From an uncultured Opitutaceae bacterium (lineage in GTDB: Bacteria; Verrucomicrobiota; Verrucomicrobiia; Opitutales; Opitutaceae): a stretch of DNA of 39,681 nt. Under the pieces are notes generated by a model. The model saw only the letters and a program-made list of their open reading frames with translations. It was not told the origin of the DNA and did no database searches. This document shows, piece by piece, positions 6,145 to 15,864 of this stretch. The DNA is taken from the NCBI GenBank assembly GCA_964634535.1, contig CAZWMF010000001.1:1-39681 (forward strand), written 5' to 3'. The translations under genes were made by a program, and so were the position numbers. Position 1 is the stretch's first letter; each line of letters starts with the position of its first letter.

Positions 6145-8967
6145 GTGCCCACGTTCCGCCGCCTCTGCGCCCTCGCCCTGCTCAGTCTCGGTCTGCCGCA
6201 TCTGCGCGCGGCCCTGCCCTTTCCCCAGGACGGCAGCGACCTGCGGCCGGATCCGGCCGCCCACTTTGGCATTCTCCCCAATGGACTGCGCTATCTGATC
6301 TATCCCAACCACGAACCGCGCGACCGCGCCTCCCTGCGGCTGCTCGTCCTGAGCGGTTCCCTGGAGGAGCGCGACGACCAACGCGGCCTCGCGCACTTTC
6401 TCGAGCACATGGCGTTCAATGGCAGCGCCCACTACCCCCCCGGCACGCTGGTCGAATACTTCCAGCGCCTGGGCCTGAGTTTTGGCGGAGACACCAACGC
6501 CTACACCGACTTCGACCACACCGCCTACCAAATCGAATTGCCGCACACCAAACCCGACATGATCGCCGAAGGCCTGCGGGTCTTCGCCGACATGGCGGGC
6601 ACGCTCCTGCTCCGGCCGGACATGATCGCGAAGGAACGGCCGATCATCCTGGCCGAGAAGCGGGACCGCGATTCGATCGACTACCGCGAATTCGTGGCCT
6701 CGTTCGCGTTTGAATTGCCGGACGCACGCCTACCCCGGCGCCTGCCGATCGGCTCGGCGCCCGTGATCGAAGGGGCCACGCGTCCGCTCTTCACCGATCT
6801 CTATAATACGTGGTACCGACCCGAGCGCATGGTCGCGATCGTCGTGGGCGACATCGACCCGGCCGTCGTGCAGCCGCTGCTGGTCGCCGCGTTTGGCGGA
6901 CTGACCGACCGGGCTCCCGCCCGGCCCAATCCGGACCTGGGGACCGTGACCGTGGCGCTCGGCCTGCGCGCCGGCTACCATGCCGAGCCCGATGCGCCCT
7001 CGACCATCGTGAGCATCGACGTCATGACTCCGTATCGGCCGCCGGTGGACAGCGCCCGGGTGCGCCGGGCCCACCTGCACCGCGATCTGGCGGTGGCGAT
7101 GCTCAATCGGCGGCTAGAGATTCTCGCAAAAAAGGAGGGAGCGCCCTTCATCCGGGCCGAGGCCGCCGTCGACGAGAGTTATCGCTCGGTGCGCGACGCC
7201 GGCATCAATGTGACCTGCAAGGCCGAACTGTGGCGCGAAGCGCTGGCGGTCGGCGAACAGCAATTGCGCAGCGCCCTGCAGTACGGCTTCACCGAGGGAG
7301 AGCTGCGGATCGCCGCGGCCAACCTGCGCAACGATTTGGAGCAGGCGGCGGCCGCCGCGCCGACCCGGCGCTCGCCGGACCTGGCGGATGCGATGGTCCA
7401 CCAGTTCGTCGATGGCGTCGTCCTGACGAGTCCGGCCGACGACCTGGCCCTCCTGGGGCCCGCGCTCGACCAGGTTACGCCCAACGCGTGCGCCGACGCG
7501 CTGCGTCTGGCCTTCAGCGCGCCCGGTCGTTACCTCTATGTCACCGGCAATGTGCAGATTCCCGGGGACGCCGCGGCCGAAATCGAACGCGTCTACGCCG
7601 CCGCCCATGCCGTCGCCATCGCTCCCCCGGCGCCGGAGCGCCGCGAAGCGTTCGCCTACACCCAGTTCGGGCCGCCGGGCCGGGTGCTATCCGCGCGGCG
7701 GGTGGACGACCTCGACCTGACCGAACTCACCTTCGCCAATGGTGTTCGGGCCAATCTCAAACGCACCGCGTTCGAAGCCGATCGCATCCGGGTGCGCGTG
7801 CGGGTCGGCGGCGGCCTGCTGACCCTGCGCGCGGACCAACCGGCCCTGAGTCTCTTCACCGATGCCACATTCGCGGCCGGCGGTCTCGGCCGGCATAGCG
7901 CCGACGACCTGCAGCGACTCCTCGCGGGCCACACCGTCAGCCTCGACCAGATCTTCCAGGTGGGTAGCGATGCCTTTGAATTTGCCGGAGTCACCAATTC
8001 GGCCGACCTCCTCCTCCAACTCCAGGTGCTCGCAGCCTACCTGACCGACCCCGGATACCGGCCGGAGGCGATGCGCGTGGCCAGCAAGGAAATCGACGAG
8101 TATTACAAGCAGCTCGAGCACACCGTCGAAGGCCCGCTCGAAGCGACCGTTCCCGGGCAGCTGGCCGCCGGCGACCCGCGCTTCGGGCTGCCGGCGCTCG
8201 CCGTGGCCCATGCCCGCAACCTCGACGAAGAACGGGCCTGGCTGGCACCGCAGTGGGCCCGGGGACCGATCGAAATCGGCCTGGTCGGCGACCTCGACCC
8301 GGCCGTGGCGACGGACGCCCTGGCCCGAACTTTCGGAGCTTTGCCCGCCCGAGCGGCGAAGCCGACTTATGCCGCGGAACGGATCGTCCATTTTCCCAAG
8401 CCCTTTACCGAACACCTGACGGTGGTGACCGATATCCCCAAGACGGCGGTCGCCCTCTATTGGCCGACCACCGACGCCTTCGACGTCCATCGGGCGCGGC
8501 GGCTCATGCTGCTCAAGGAAATTCTCGAGGATCGCCTGCGGGTGAAGATCCGCGAACAGCTGGGCGGAGCCTACAGCCCCGAGGCGGAGAGCGAACCGAG
8601 CGACACCTTCACGGGCTACGGCTACCTGGTGGCCGAAGTCATCGTCGACCCGAAGCGCGCGGAGGAAATACGCCAGTCGGTGCTCGCGCTGGCCGCCGAT
8701 CTGGCCGCCCACGGCGCCACCCCCGACGAGCTCAAGCGGGCCAAGCAGCCCGTTCTAACCGCATTGCGGGAATCGGCCCGCACCAACCCCTACTGGTTGA
8801 CTGCCGTCCTCGGCAGCTGCCAGGAGTTTCCCCAACGGCTCGACTGGGCCCGAAGCCGCTACTCCGACGTCGAATCGGTGACCCCGGCCGACATCGCCGC
8901 CCTGGCCAGCCAGTACCTGGGTTCGGAACGCGCCTTTCAGGTCGTGGTGGCGCCGAGGGGGAAGTAG
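6145..8967 (+). CDS. M16 (pitrilysin/insulinase) family zinc peptidase, two-lobed, secreted
   Basis: The HFLEH zinc-binding motif (inverted HxxEH) lies in ...GLAHFLEHMAFNGS.... The length is consistent with two M16 units. A GTG at 6145 gives MPTFRRLCALALLSLGLPHLRAA, a plausible signal peptide. A TTG at 6127 is an alternative start. The 6031 start would lie inside repeat A. Confidence 0.85.
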   Translation: MPTFRRLCALALLSLGLPHLRAALPFPQDGSDLRPDPAAHFGILPNGLRYLIYPNHEPRDRASLRLLVLSGSLEERDDQRGLAHFLEHMAFNGSAHYPPGTLVEYFQRLGLSFGGDTNAYTDFDHTAYQIELPHTKPDMIAEGLRVFADMAGTLLLRPDMIAKERPIILAEKRDRDSIDYREFVASFAFELPDARLPRRLPIGSAPVIEGATRPLFTDLYNTWYRPERMVAIVVGDIDPAVVQPLLVAAFGGLTDRAPARPNPDLGTVTVALGLRAGYHAEPDAPSTIVSIDVMTPYRPPVDSARVRRAHLHRDLAVAMLNRRLEILAKKEGAPFIRAEAAVDESYRSVRDAGINVTCKAELWREALAVGEQQLRSALQYGFTEGELRIAAANLRNDLEQAAAAAPTRRSPDLADAMVHQFVDGVVLTSPADDLALLGPALDQVTPNACADALRLAFSAPGRYLYVTGNVQIPGDAAAEIERVYAAAHAVAIAPPAPERREAFAYTQFGPPGRVLSARRVDDLDLTELTFANGVRANLKRTAFEADRIRVRVRVGGGLLTLRADQPALSLFTDATFAAGGLGRHSADDLQRLLAGHTVSLDQIFQVGSDAFEFAGVTNSADLLLQLQVLAAYLTDPGYRPEAMRVASKEIDEYYKQLEHTVEGPLEATVPGQLAAGDPRFGLPALAVAHARNLDEERAWLAPQWARGPIEIGLVGDLDPAVATDALARTFGALPARAAKPTYAAERIVHFPKPFTEHLTVVTDIPKTAVALYWPTTDAFDVHRARRLMLLKEILEDRLRVKIREQLGGAYSPEAESEPSDTFTGYGYLVAEVIVDPKRAEEIRQSVLALAADLAAHGATPDELKRAKQPVLTALRESARTNPYWLTAVLGSCQEFPQRLDWARSRYSDVESVTPADIAALASQYLGSERAFQVVVAPRGK

Positions 8968-8980
8968 GTCCGCCTCCGCC

Positions 8981-9074
8981 TTCGCCTTCGGCTACGGCGG
9001 GACAAGGTTCGCCTTCGGCTACGGCGGGACAAGGTTCCGCCTCCTCCTTCGCCTTCGGCTACGGCGGGAGTAGG
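8981..9074. repeat. 27-bp tandem repeat (ttcgccttcggctacggcgggacaagg), with 2 identical adjacent copies, a 13-nt spacer, then a third copy with 2 mismatches
   Basis: 8981-9007 and 9008-9034 are identical. 9048-9074 differs at 2 positions. The 13-mers at 8968-8980 (gtccgcctccgcc) and 9035-9047 (ttccgcctcctcc) are also related. A degenerate fourth unit follows, to about 9098. Confidence 0.85.
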
Positions 9075-9105
9075 TTCGCTTTGGCGGCGCGACAAAGCCC
9101 GATTT

Positions 9106-9129
9106 GAGACGGGGAACTCTCGCCGTCTC
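9106..9129. terminator. hairpin in the convergent M16/fabF intergenic region (possible terminator)
   Basis: gagacgg (9106-9112) pairs with ccgtctc (9123-9129) around a 10-nt loop. It is followed on the + strand by taatta. There is no clear U-tract on the - strand. Confidence 0.3.
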
Positions 9130-9132
9130 TAA

Positions 9133-10455
9133 TTATGCACCGAACACCAGCGAGGCGTTGGTGCCGCCGAAGCCGTAGCTATTGGCCACCGCCCGGCGCA
9201 CGGGCTTGCGCACGGCCTGATGGGCCGTGAAATTCAGGCCGGTGGCCGCACAGACGGGTTCGACGTTGTCCAGATTGATGGTGGGCGGTATGATCCCGTC
9301 GTGGATGGCGAGGACGGCGGCCATCGCGCCCAGGGCGCCCGCGCCGCCCAAAAGGTGACCGGTCATCGACTTGACGGCGCTCACGTGCAGGCGATCCCTG
9401 CCCTCCGCAAAAAGCGCCCCGATCGCGGCCGCCTCCTCGCTGTCGCCGCCCGGCGTCGATGTGGCGTGGGCCGACACATAGTCCACCTCGGCGGGCGGCA
9501 CCGAGCCTTCGGCCAGGGCCAGCAGCATCGCCTTCCGGGAACCGGCCGCCTCGGGCGCCAGCATCGATAGGTGGCAGGCATCGGCGGTCGCCCCATACCC
9601 CAAGACCTCGGCATAAATGCGCGCGCCGCGCGCGAGCGCGCGAGACCTCTCCTCCAGGACAAAGGCGATGGCGCCTTCGCCCACGACAAAGCCATCACGA
9701 TCGGCGTCGAAGGGCCGGGAGGCCTTCTCCGGAGCGTCGTTGCGGGTGGACAGGGCCCGCATCTGGGCAAACGCGCCGACGCAGATCGGCGTGATGACCG
9801 CTTCGGAGCCGCCCGTCAGCATGACGTCGGCATCGCCGCGCTGGATCGCGCGAAAGGCTTCGCCGATCGCGTGGCCGCTGGTCGCACAGGCCGAGGCGAC
9901 GCTCATGTTGGGTCCGCGAAAATCGAGCAGGATCGCCAGTTGGCCGGCCAGAATGTTCGGGGCCGCCTGCAGGATGAAGAACGGTGAAATCTTGCGGTAA
10001 CCGTGTTTTTGCCAGTTTTCCTGGGTCGCGGCGATTTCCGGCAGGCCGCCAAGGCCGACCCCGACATTCACGCCGGCCCGGTCGGCCGAAAGCTGGTCGC
10101 GGGCCGAATCGAGGCCGGAATCCGTATAGGCCTCTATACCAGCGACTAAACCGAGATGGCTAAAGCGGCCCAGCTTCTTAAGTTCCTTGGGCGAGACGGC
10201 GTGCAAAACCGGCTCACTGCCTAACCCACGGGGATATAATTGCTTAGCTAATGGCGCCGTCGGATTCAGGTCCTTCACCTCGGCCGCGATCAGGGCCGAA
10301 CAGCCGGTCGGATCGAACCGGGTGATCCGGGCCACTCCGCTCTTGCCGGAAGTCAGCGCAGACCAAGTTGTTGCGGCAGAATTACCCACCGGCGTAACCG
10401 CGCCCAGTCCCGTGATGACCACGCGCTTGCGAACATAAGATAACGATGAGTCCAA
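9133..10455 (-). CDS. fabF: beta-ketoacyl-ACP synthase II
   Basis: RVVITGLGAVTPVG N-terminus, active-site Cys context SVASACATSGHAIG, catalytic His contexts SAHATSTPGGD and SMTGHLLGGAG, and NSYGFGGTNASLVF at the C-terminus. It carries an insertion of roughly 20 aa after DLNP relative to E. coli FabF as I remember it. Confidence 0.9.
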   Translation of the reverse strand: MDSSLSYVRKRVVITGLGAVTPVGNSAATTWSALTSGKSGVARITRFDPTGCSALIAAEVKDLNPTAPLAKQLYPRGLGSEPVLHAVSPKELKKLGRFSHLGLVAGIEAYTDSGLDSARDQLSADRAGVNVGVGLGGLPEIAATQENWQKHGYRKISPFFILQAAPNILAGQLAILLDFRGPNMSVASACATSGHAIGEAFRAIQRGDADVMLTGGSEAVITPICVGAFAQMRALSTRNDAPEKASRPFDADRDGFVVGEGAIAFVLEERSRALARGARIYAEVLGYGATADACHLSMLAPEAAGSRKAMLLALAEGSVPPAEVDYVSAHATSTPGGDSEEAAAIGALFAEGRDRLHVSAVKSMTGHLLGGAGALGAMAAVLAIHDGIIPPTINLDNVEPVCAATGLNFTAHQAVRKPVRRAVANSYGFGGTNASLVFGA

Positions 10456-11004
10456 GCGGGCACAGAAATAGGCCGGACCGCTGCCCGCAAGGCGATTTTG
10501 ACTTCCCGAGGATGAAGTCCCTTACTGCGTCGTCGACCATGGAGCAACTCCACCCCTATTGGCGGATGGATTATATTGAGGCGCCGCGCTTTCCGGCCGC
10601 CATGAAACGGCCGTTCACGGAATTGCCGGCGATGGGAGACGACCGGGCTGCGCTCATCGTGCACCGCTCTAACTTGAGCTACCTCATTCTCAATCGCTTT
10701 CCCTATAATCCGGGGCATCTGCTGGCGATCCCCTTCCGGGAGGTGGCCGAGTTGGAGGAGCTTTCCGCAGTCGAACGCGCCGATTTGATCGAGGAAATCG
10801 TGGTCGCCAAGCGGATGCTCACGGCCGCGATGAAGCCCGACGGATTCAACGTGGGTTTGAACCTCGGCTCGGCCTCGGGCGGAAGCATTTCCCACCTCCA
10901 CGCCCACATCGTGCCCCGCTGGCACGGGGACAATAATTTCATGCCCGTTTTGGGCCAAACCCGCCTGCTGCCCCAGTCGCTCGACGCGACTTGGCAGCGC
11001 CTCC

Positions 11005-11985
<981 letters not shown>

Positions 11986-11992
11986 ATCCACC

Positions 11993-14362
11993 ATGTCGGT
12001 CCGAAATCAATGGAAGCTGATCATGGGCGGATTGTCGGCGCGGCGCCAGGCGACGGCTCCGGTGGGGGCGGCCGCTCTGCGCGAATTCCTCGACGGCAAC
12101 CGCCTGGTGGCCGTGCTCATCTTCGTCGTGACCGTGGCGGCAATCGTGGCGATCAGCTCGCTGGGCATGACCACGTTCAACCTGCCGGTGCTGCCCAACC
12201 AAATCGCCACGATGCGGATCGCGGCCGGCCAATCCTTTACCTACGTCAGCGGCGAGAAGACCCGCCAGGCGCGCGAACAGATCGTCGCGCGCATTCCGCC
12301 GGTGTACCGGATCGATCTCGACGGCCTCCAACGTTTTGAAAGTGGAGTCCGCAATCTGCTGACGCGGTTGTCGGTCTACGAAGCGGGCCACCCGGGAGTC
12401 ACCGCCAGCCCGCTCGCCCTGGCCGACCTGGCCGACGATTACAATGCGGCCGAACCCTATCGGGTGAGCGCCGACGATCTGGCGGCGTTCCTTTCCGCCG
12501 GCGACGCCCCGACCCGGGCCGCGCTGTTCGAAAATGGCCTGGCCGCCATCCGGGAAATCTACGCCGAGGGCGTCCACGATTCGAGCCTGGCCGGCGAGAA
12601 CAACGACGAACTGGGCGTATTTCAAATCGAGCACGCCAATGGCGAGGTTGCGGCCCGGCCGGTCGAATCGATGGAGGATGCCCTGACTTTTCTGCGGGTT
12701 AGCCTGGCGAGCGGCGGCGTTTCCCGGCCGGTCGCGCAGGCGCTGTTCCGCTTCTTTCGGCGGGGGGTCAGCGCCAACCTGGTTTACGACAACGCGGCGA
12801 CGCAACGCCGCGTGAATGCCGCGCTCCAGACGGTCAAACCGGTGAGCGTCCACGTTCCCGGCGGGCAGGTCATCATCGATGCGGGCGAACGGGTCGGCCC
12901 CGAGCAATATGAAATGTTTCGCGCCTATCAGGCGTTCAGCCGCGAGCACGGCGATGCGGAATTCCTGGCTGGGCTCACCCTGTTCGAGCACGTCCTGCTC
13001 GTGCTCGCCATGGTGGTGGCCTCGATCCTCTATATCCGGCTGGAGGATCCGGAAACGATGCGCAGCAACGTCCGGCTCGGGCTGCTCGCCCTCGTGGTCA
13101 TCTTCAATCTGACGCTGGTGCGGTTGATTTACTCGCTGGGCGGCGCCGACTTCTTCCTCCGGGACGGTTCCTGGGCGGCCACCCTGCCCTATGTCGCCCC
13201 GACCGCCCTGGCGCCCCTGATCGTGGCCATTCTGATCGACGCCGGTTCGGGGATTTTCATGGCGCTGCTGATCTCGATCTTCACCGGCGTCATCTACGGC
13301 AACCGGGTCGACCTGCTCGTGCTGACCTTCCTGGCCTCGATGGTCGCGATTTTCTTCTGCCGCGACGCCCGGCAGCGCGGCAAGGTGGTGCGGGCGGCCG
13401 GCGCGGGCGGTTTGACCGTCGCCGCCTTCGCCGCGCTGATCGCCTTTGCCGAGCAGACCCCCCTGGACACGCTGGCGCGGGAAATGACCGCGGGCCTGCT
13501 GACCGGACTGTTCACCGGCGTCGTGGTGGTGGGTCTCCTGCCCGTCCTCGAATCCCTGTTCAAGCGCACAACCGACATCACCCTGCTCGAACTCACCGAC
13601 TACAATCATCCGCTTCTGCGCCGGATGCAGCTCGAGGCCCCCGGCACCTACCACCACTCGCTCGTCGTCGCCCAGCTGTCCGAAAATGCCTGCAATGCGA
13701 TCGGGGCCAATCCCCTGCTGGCCCGGGTGTGCGCGCTGTTTCACGATATCGGCAAGACGGTCAACTCGGGCTACTTCACCGAAAACATCCGCGAGCGGGC
13801 CAACCCGCACGATCGGCTCGATCCGCTGGTGTCGGCCCGGATCATCATCCGGCACGTGAGCGATGGCGTCGAACTTGCCCACAAGCATCGCCTGCCCAGT
13901 GCGATCGTCGCCGCCATCCGCGAGCACCACGGCACGACCCACGTGCGGTACTTCCACGAGAAGGCCTTGGCCGCCCGGGAGGAGGCGGGCGACACCGGGC
14001 CGTTCCTGGACGCGCCTTTCCGCTACCCCGGGCCAAAGCCGCAAACGCGCGAAAGCGCGGTGATTTCCATCGCCGATGCGGTGGAAGCGGCCTCGCGCAC
14101 GCTGCGCTCGGCCACCGCCGAACAGCTCGGCCAATTGATCGACGTAATCGTCGCCAATCGGATGACCCAGCACCAGCTGAACGAGACCCCCCTCACCCTG
14201 GAGGACCTCGCCAAGATCAAGAACAGTTTCACCTTCACCTTGCTGAACATGCTGCACTCGCGCGTGGCCTACGCGACCGAGGCCACCGGCCCGGAAGTCC
14301 GCGACGAGCCCTCGGGCGCCGCGCCGGCCGCGGCCCCCATCCGCGAGCAGCGCAAGGTGTAG
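11993..14362 (+). CDS. 7TM-receptor / HD-domain (HDIG) phosphohydrolase, PgpH/YqfF-like
   Basis: A large extracytoplasmic N-terminal region is followed by about 7 hydrophobic helices and an HD domain (HHSLVVAQL...LFHDIGK...REHHGTT). It sits in the classical phoH-yqfF-ybeY neighbourhood. Confidence 0.85.
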   Translation: MSVRNQWKLIMGGLSARRQATAPVGAAALREFLDGNRLVAVLIFVVTVAAIVAISSLGMTTFNLPVLPNQIATMRIAAGQSFTYVSGEKTRQAREQIVARIPPVYRIDLDGLQRFESGVRNLLTRLSVYEAGHPGVTASPLALADLADDYNAAEPYRVSADDLAAFLSAGDAPTRAALFENGLAAIREIYAEGVHDSSLAGENNDELGVFQIEHANGEVAARPVESMEDALTFLRVSLASGGVSRPVAQALFRFFRRGVSANLVYDNAATQRRVNAALQTVKPVSVHVPGGQVIIDAGERVGPEQYEMFRAYQAFSREHGDAEFLAGLTLFEHVLLVLAMVVASILYIRLEDPETMRSNVRLGLLALVVIFNLTLVRLIYSLGGADFFLRDGSWAATLPYVAPTALAPLIVAILIDAGSGIFMALLISIFTGVIYGNRVDLLVLTFLASMVAIFFCRDARQRGKVVRAAGAGGLTVAAFAALIAFAEQTPLDTLAREMTAGLLTGLFTGVVVVGLLPVLESLFKRTTDITLLELTDYNHPLLRRMQLEAPGTYHHSLVVAQLSENACNAIGANPLLARVCALFHDIGKTVNSGYFTENIRERANPHDRLDPLVSARIIIRHVSDGVELAHKHRLPSAIVAAIREHHGTTHVRYFHEKALAAREEAGDTGPFLDAPFRYPGPKPQTRESAVISIADAVEAASRTLRSATAEQLGQLIDVIVANRMTQHQLNETPLTLEDLAKIKNSFTFTLLNMLHSRVAYATEATGPEVRDEPSGAAPAAAPIREQRKV

Positions 14363-14534
14363 TCGGCCGACTCATCTCCACCTGAACCGGATCACCCGCC
14401 CGCGTCCAGCAAATCACTGGGCACCGGAGGCTCGCGACTACGGAGCGTTGCTTGCACCTGATGATCCGGGAGTTAAATGAGGCGCACCGGCGGCTCCATC
14501 CTCGCGAAAAAGCCGGTTACGAAGATGGCCGGAA

Positions 14535-14756
14535 ATGAACATCGTTACGGCGCTGACCAAGCTCGCGGAAATCCAGGAGGCGATCCAGCACCTGCCGCCC
14601 TATGAGCAGGAAGCATTGCGGCAGTGGTTCCTGGAGACCGAGGAAAGCCCTGAGCTTCTTGCCGCCATCGACGAAGCCGATCGATCTCTGGCCGAAGAAG
14701 GCGGCGTGCCCATCGAGGAGGTGCGCAAAGACCTGAGCCGATGGATTTCAAGGTAA
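14535..14756 (+). CDS. type II antitoxin-like small protein (addiction-module component type)
   Basis: This 73-aa helical acidic protein (…LPPYEQEALRQWFLETEESPELLAAIDEAD…) has a stop that overlaps the ATG of a ParE/RelE-like reading frame by 16 nt. That is the usual toxin-antitoxin operon layout. Confidence 0.6.
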   Translation: MNIVTALTKLAEIQEAIQHLPPYEQEALRQWFLETEESPELLAAIDEADRSLAEEGGVPIEEVRKDLSRWISR

Positions 14757-15040
14757 TCCTCGCCTAGAAAGCCTTACGCGACCTGGGAGAAATTGCCCGC
14801 TATATCGCACAGGACAACCCAACGGCGGCCGAATAAGTCGGCCTCGAATTGGTGGAACTGTCTGAATCTCTCAAAGTGCTGCCGCGGCGCGGCTCGACGG
14901 TCAAATTACGCCCCGGCGTGCATCGGTTGCTCAAAGACCCGTATTTGGTGCTCTATCGCGTAGACCAAGTCCGGCACGTCGTGAGCGTGCAGCGCTTCTG
15001 GCACGCCAAGCGCGATCCGAAGAGCCTGCGCCCGGAATGA
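14741..15040 (+). pseudogene. ParE/RelE-family toxin gene disrupted by two in-frame stop codons
   Basis: A single frame from the ATG at 14741 reads MDFKVILA-[TAG 14765]-KALRDLGEIARYIAQDNPTAAE-[TAA 14834]-VGLELVELSESLKVLPRRGSTVKLRPGVHRLLKDPYLVLYRVDQVRHVVSVQRFWHAKRDPKSLRPE. This follows the ParE_toxin consensus (A..DL.eI..YIa.dnP.aA ... P..G ... Y.i.Yrv ... v.i..v.h..rd). There is no frameshift, only two nonsense codons. Confidence 0.65.
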
Positions 15041-15300
15041 CCGGCACAGAGTCGGAAAACGCATTCATTCCGACCGCCTCCCGTTCGCTGGAAAAACGGC
15101 TGGAGAAAGGGAATCTGGCCGTCAGAATGTGTTCCCATCGTCGCCATTGTCAGCACCGACCCTTTCTCTTTCCAACCGTTCCGCCCGCCGCTGGCATGAG
15201 CGTTGGGGACGCCCCATGTGGAATAATCCTACCGCCGCTTGTTTTGGAACCATGATTATGTTGTCGTTCCATTTGCTGCGGCGATGCCGGGCTGCGAATC

Positions 15301-15837
15301 ATGCGGTCTAGCGCCGGTCGACCGATCGAGATAGGCTGCCGCCATCCGCGTCTGCGCCTGAAGCCCGCCGAGGTGGCCGCCGCTCTGCACCGCCTCGACG
15401 CGGAGCGCCATCGCTGGGAAACCGCCGCGTCCGTCCTGGGCCGGGCCGGCGGCCGCGAAACCTTGACGATCGCCTTCGTGACCGACGCCGAACTCGCGCG
15501 CCTGCACGCCCAGTTCCTGGACGATCCGACGCCGACCGACGTGATCACCTTCCCCGCGGAGCCCGGCTTCGGCGCCGCCGGCGAAATCTGCGTGTCGGCC
15601 GACGCCGCCGCCCGCCAGCCCGGCCGCGCCTTCTCCCTCGAACTCACCCTTTACGTCGTCCATGGCTGGCTCCACCTCGCCGGCCACGACGATCTGAATC
15701 CGGCCGCCAAACGCCGCATGCGCCGCGCCGAGCGCTCCGCCCTGGCCCACCTCCGCGCCGCCCGCGCCCTCCCGCACTTTTCCCTCGCGCCCGCCCAAAT
15801 CAAACGCCCGCACAAGAAGCGATCCCGACTGAACTGA
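15301..15837 (+). CDS. ybeY: rRNA maturation endoribonuclease YbeY
   Basis: The zinc motif is HGWLHLAGHDD (H-x3-H-x5-H). The preceding ITFPAEP...GEICVS segment is typical of YbeY. Confidence 0.85.
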   Translation: MRSSAGRPIEIGCRHPRLRLKPAEVAAALHRLDAERHRWETAASVLGRAGGRETLTIAFVTDAELARLHAQFLDDPTPTDVITFPAEPGFGAAGEICVSADAAARQPGRAFSLELTLYVVHGWLHLAGHDDLNPAAKRRMRRAERSALAHLRAARALPHFSLAPAQIKRPHKKRSRLN

Positions 15838-15864
15838 TCCCTCGACCCTTCTCGATTTGCGGGA

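Noticed and set aside
8968-9098. Possible CRISPR array, given the repeated 27-mers.
   Set aside because: The first two repeat units are directly adjacent with no spacer, only 3-4 units exist, the 13-nt 'spacers' are themselves repeated, and no cas genes are nearby. I call it a simple tandem repeat instead.
14363-14480. The region downstream of the pgpH-like gene contains, in order, ctcatc / tccac / ggatcac / atcactggg / ggaggctc. These recall core words of the 175-nt elements and of the 24443-24576 region.
   Set aside because: There are only short word matches with a large gap relative to copies A and B and no comparable long helix. It may be a fossil fragment, but the evidence is too thin to call.
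14765-14836. Programmed read-through or stop-codon reassignment as an explanation for the two in-frame stops in the ParE-like frame.
   Set aside because: TAG and TAA are used as genuine terminators by many well-supported genes in this window, for example TAG at the M16 peptidase and DUF502 genes and TAA at GH31. Two different stop codons would both need suppression. A pseudogene is the simpler explanation.
15041-15300. Small ORFs (15037..15255, 15129..15311) or an sRNA in the lower-G+C spacer upstream of ybeY.
   Set aside because: There are no recognisable protein motifs, no convincing hairpin/terminator pair or promoter-like boxes, and the ORFs overlap one another in different frames. I treat the region as non-coding remnant DNA of the inserted cassette.
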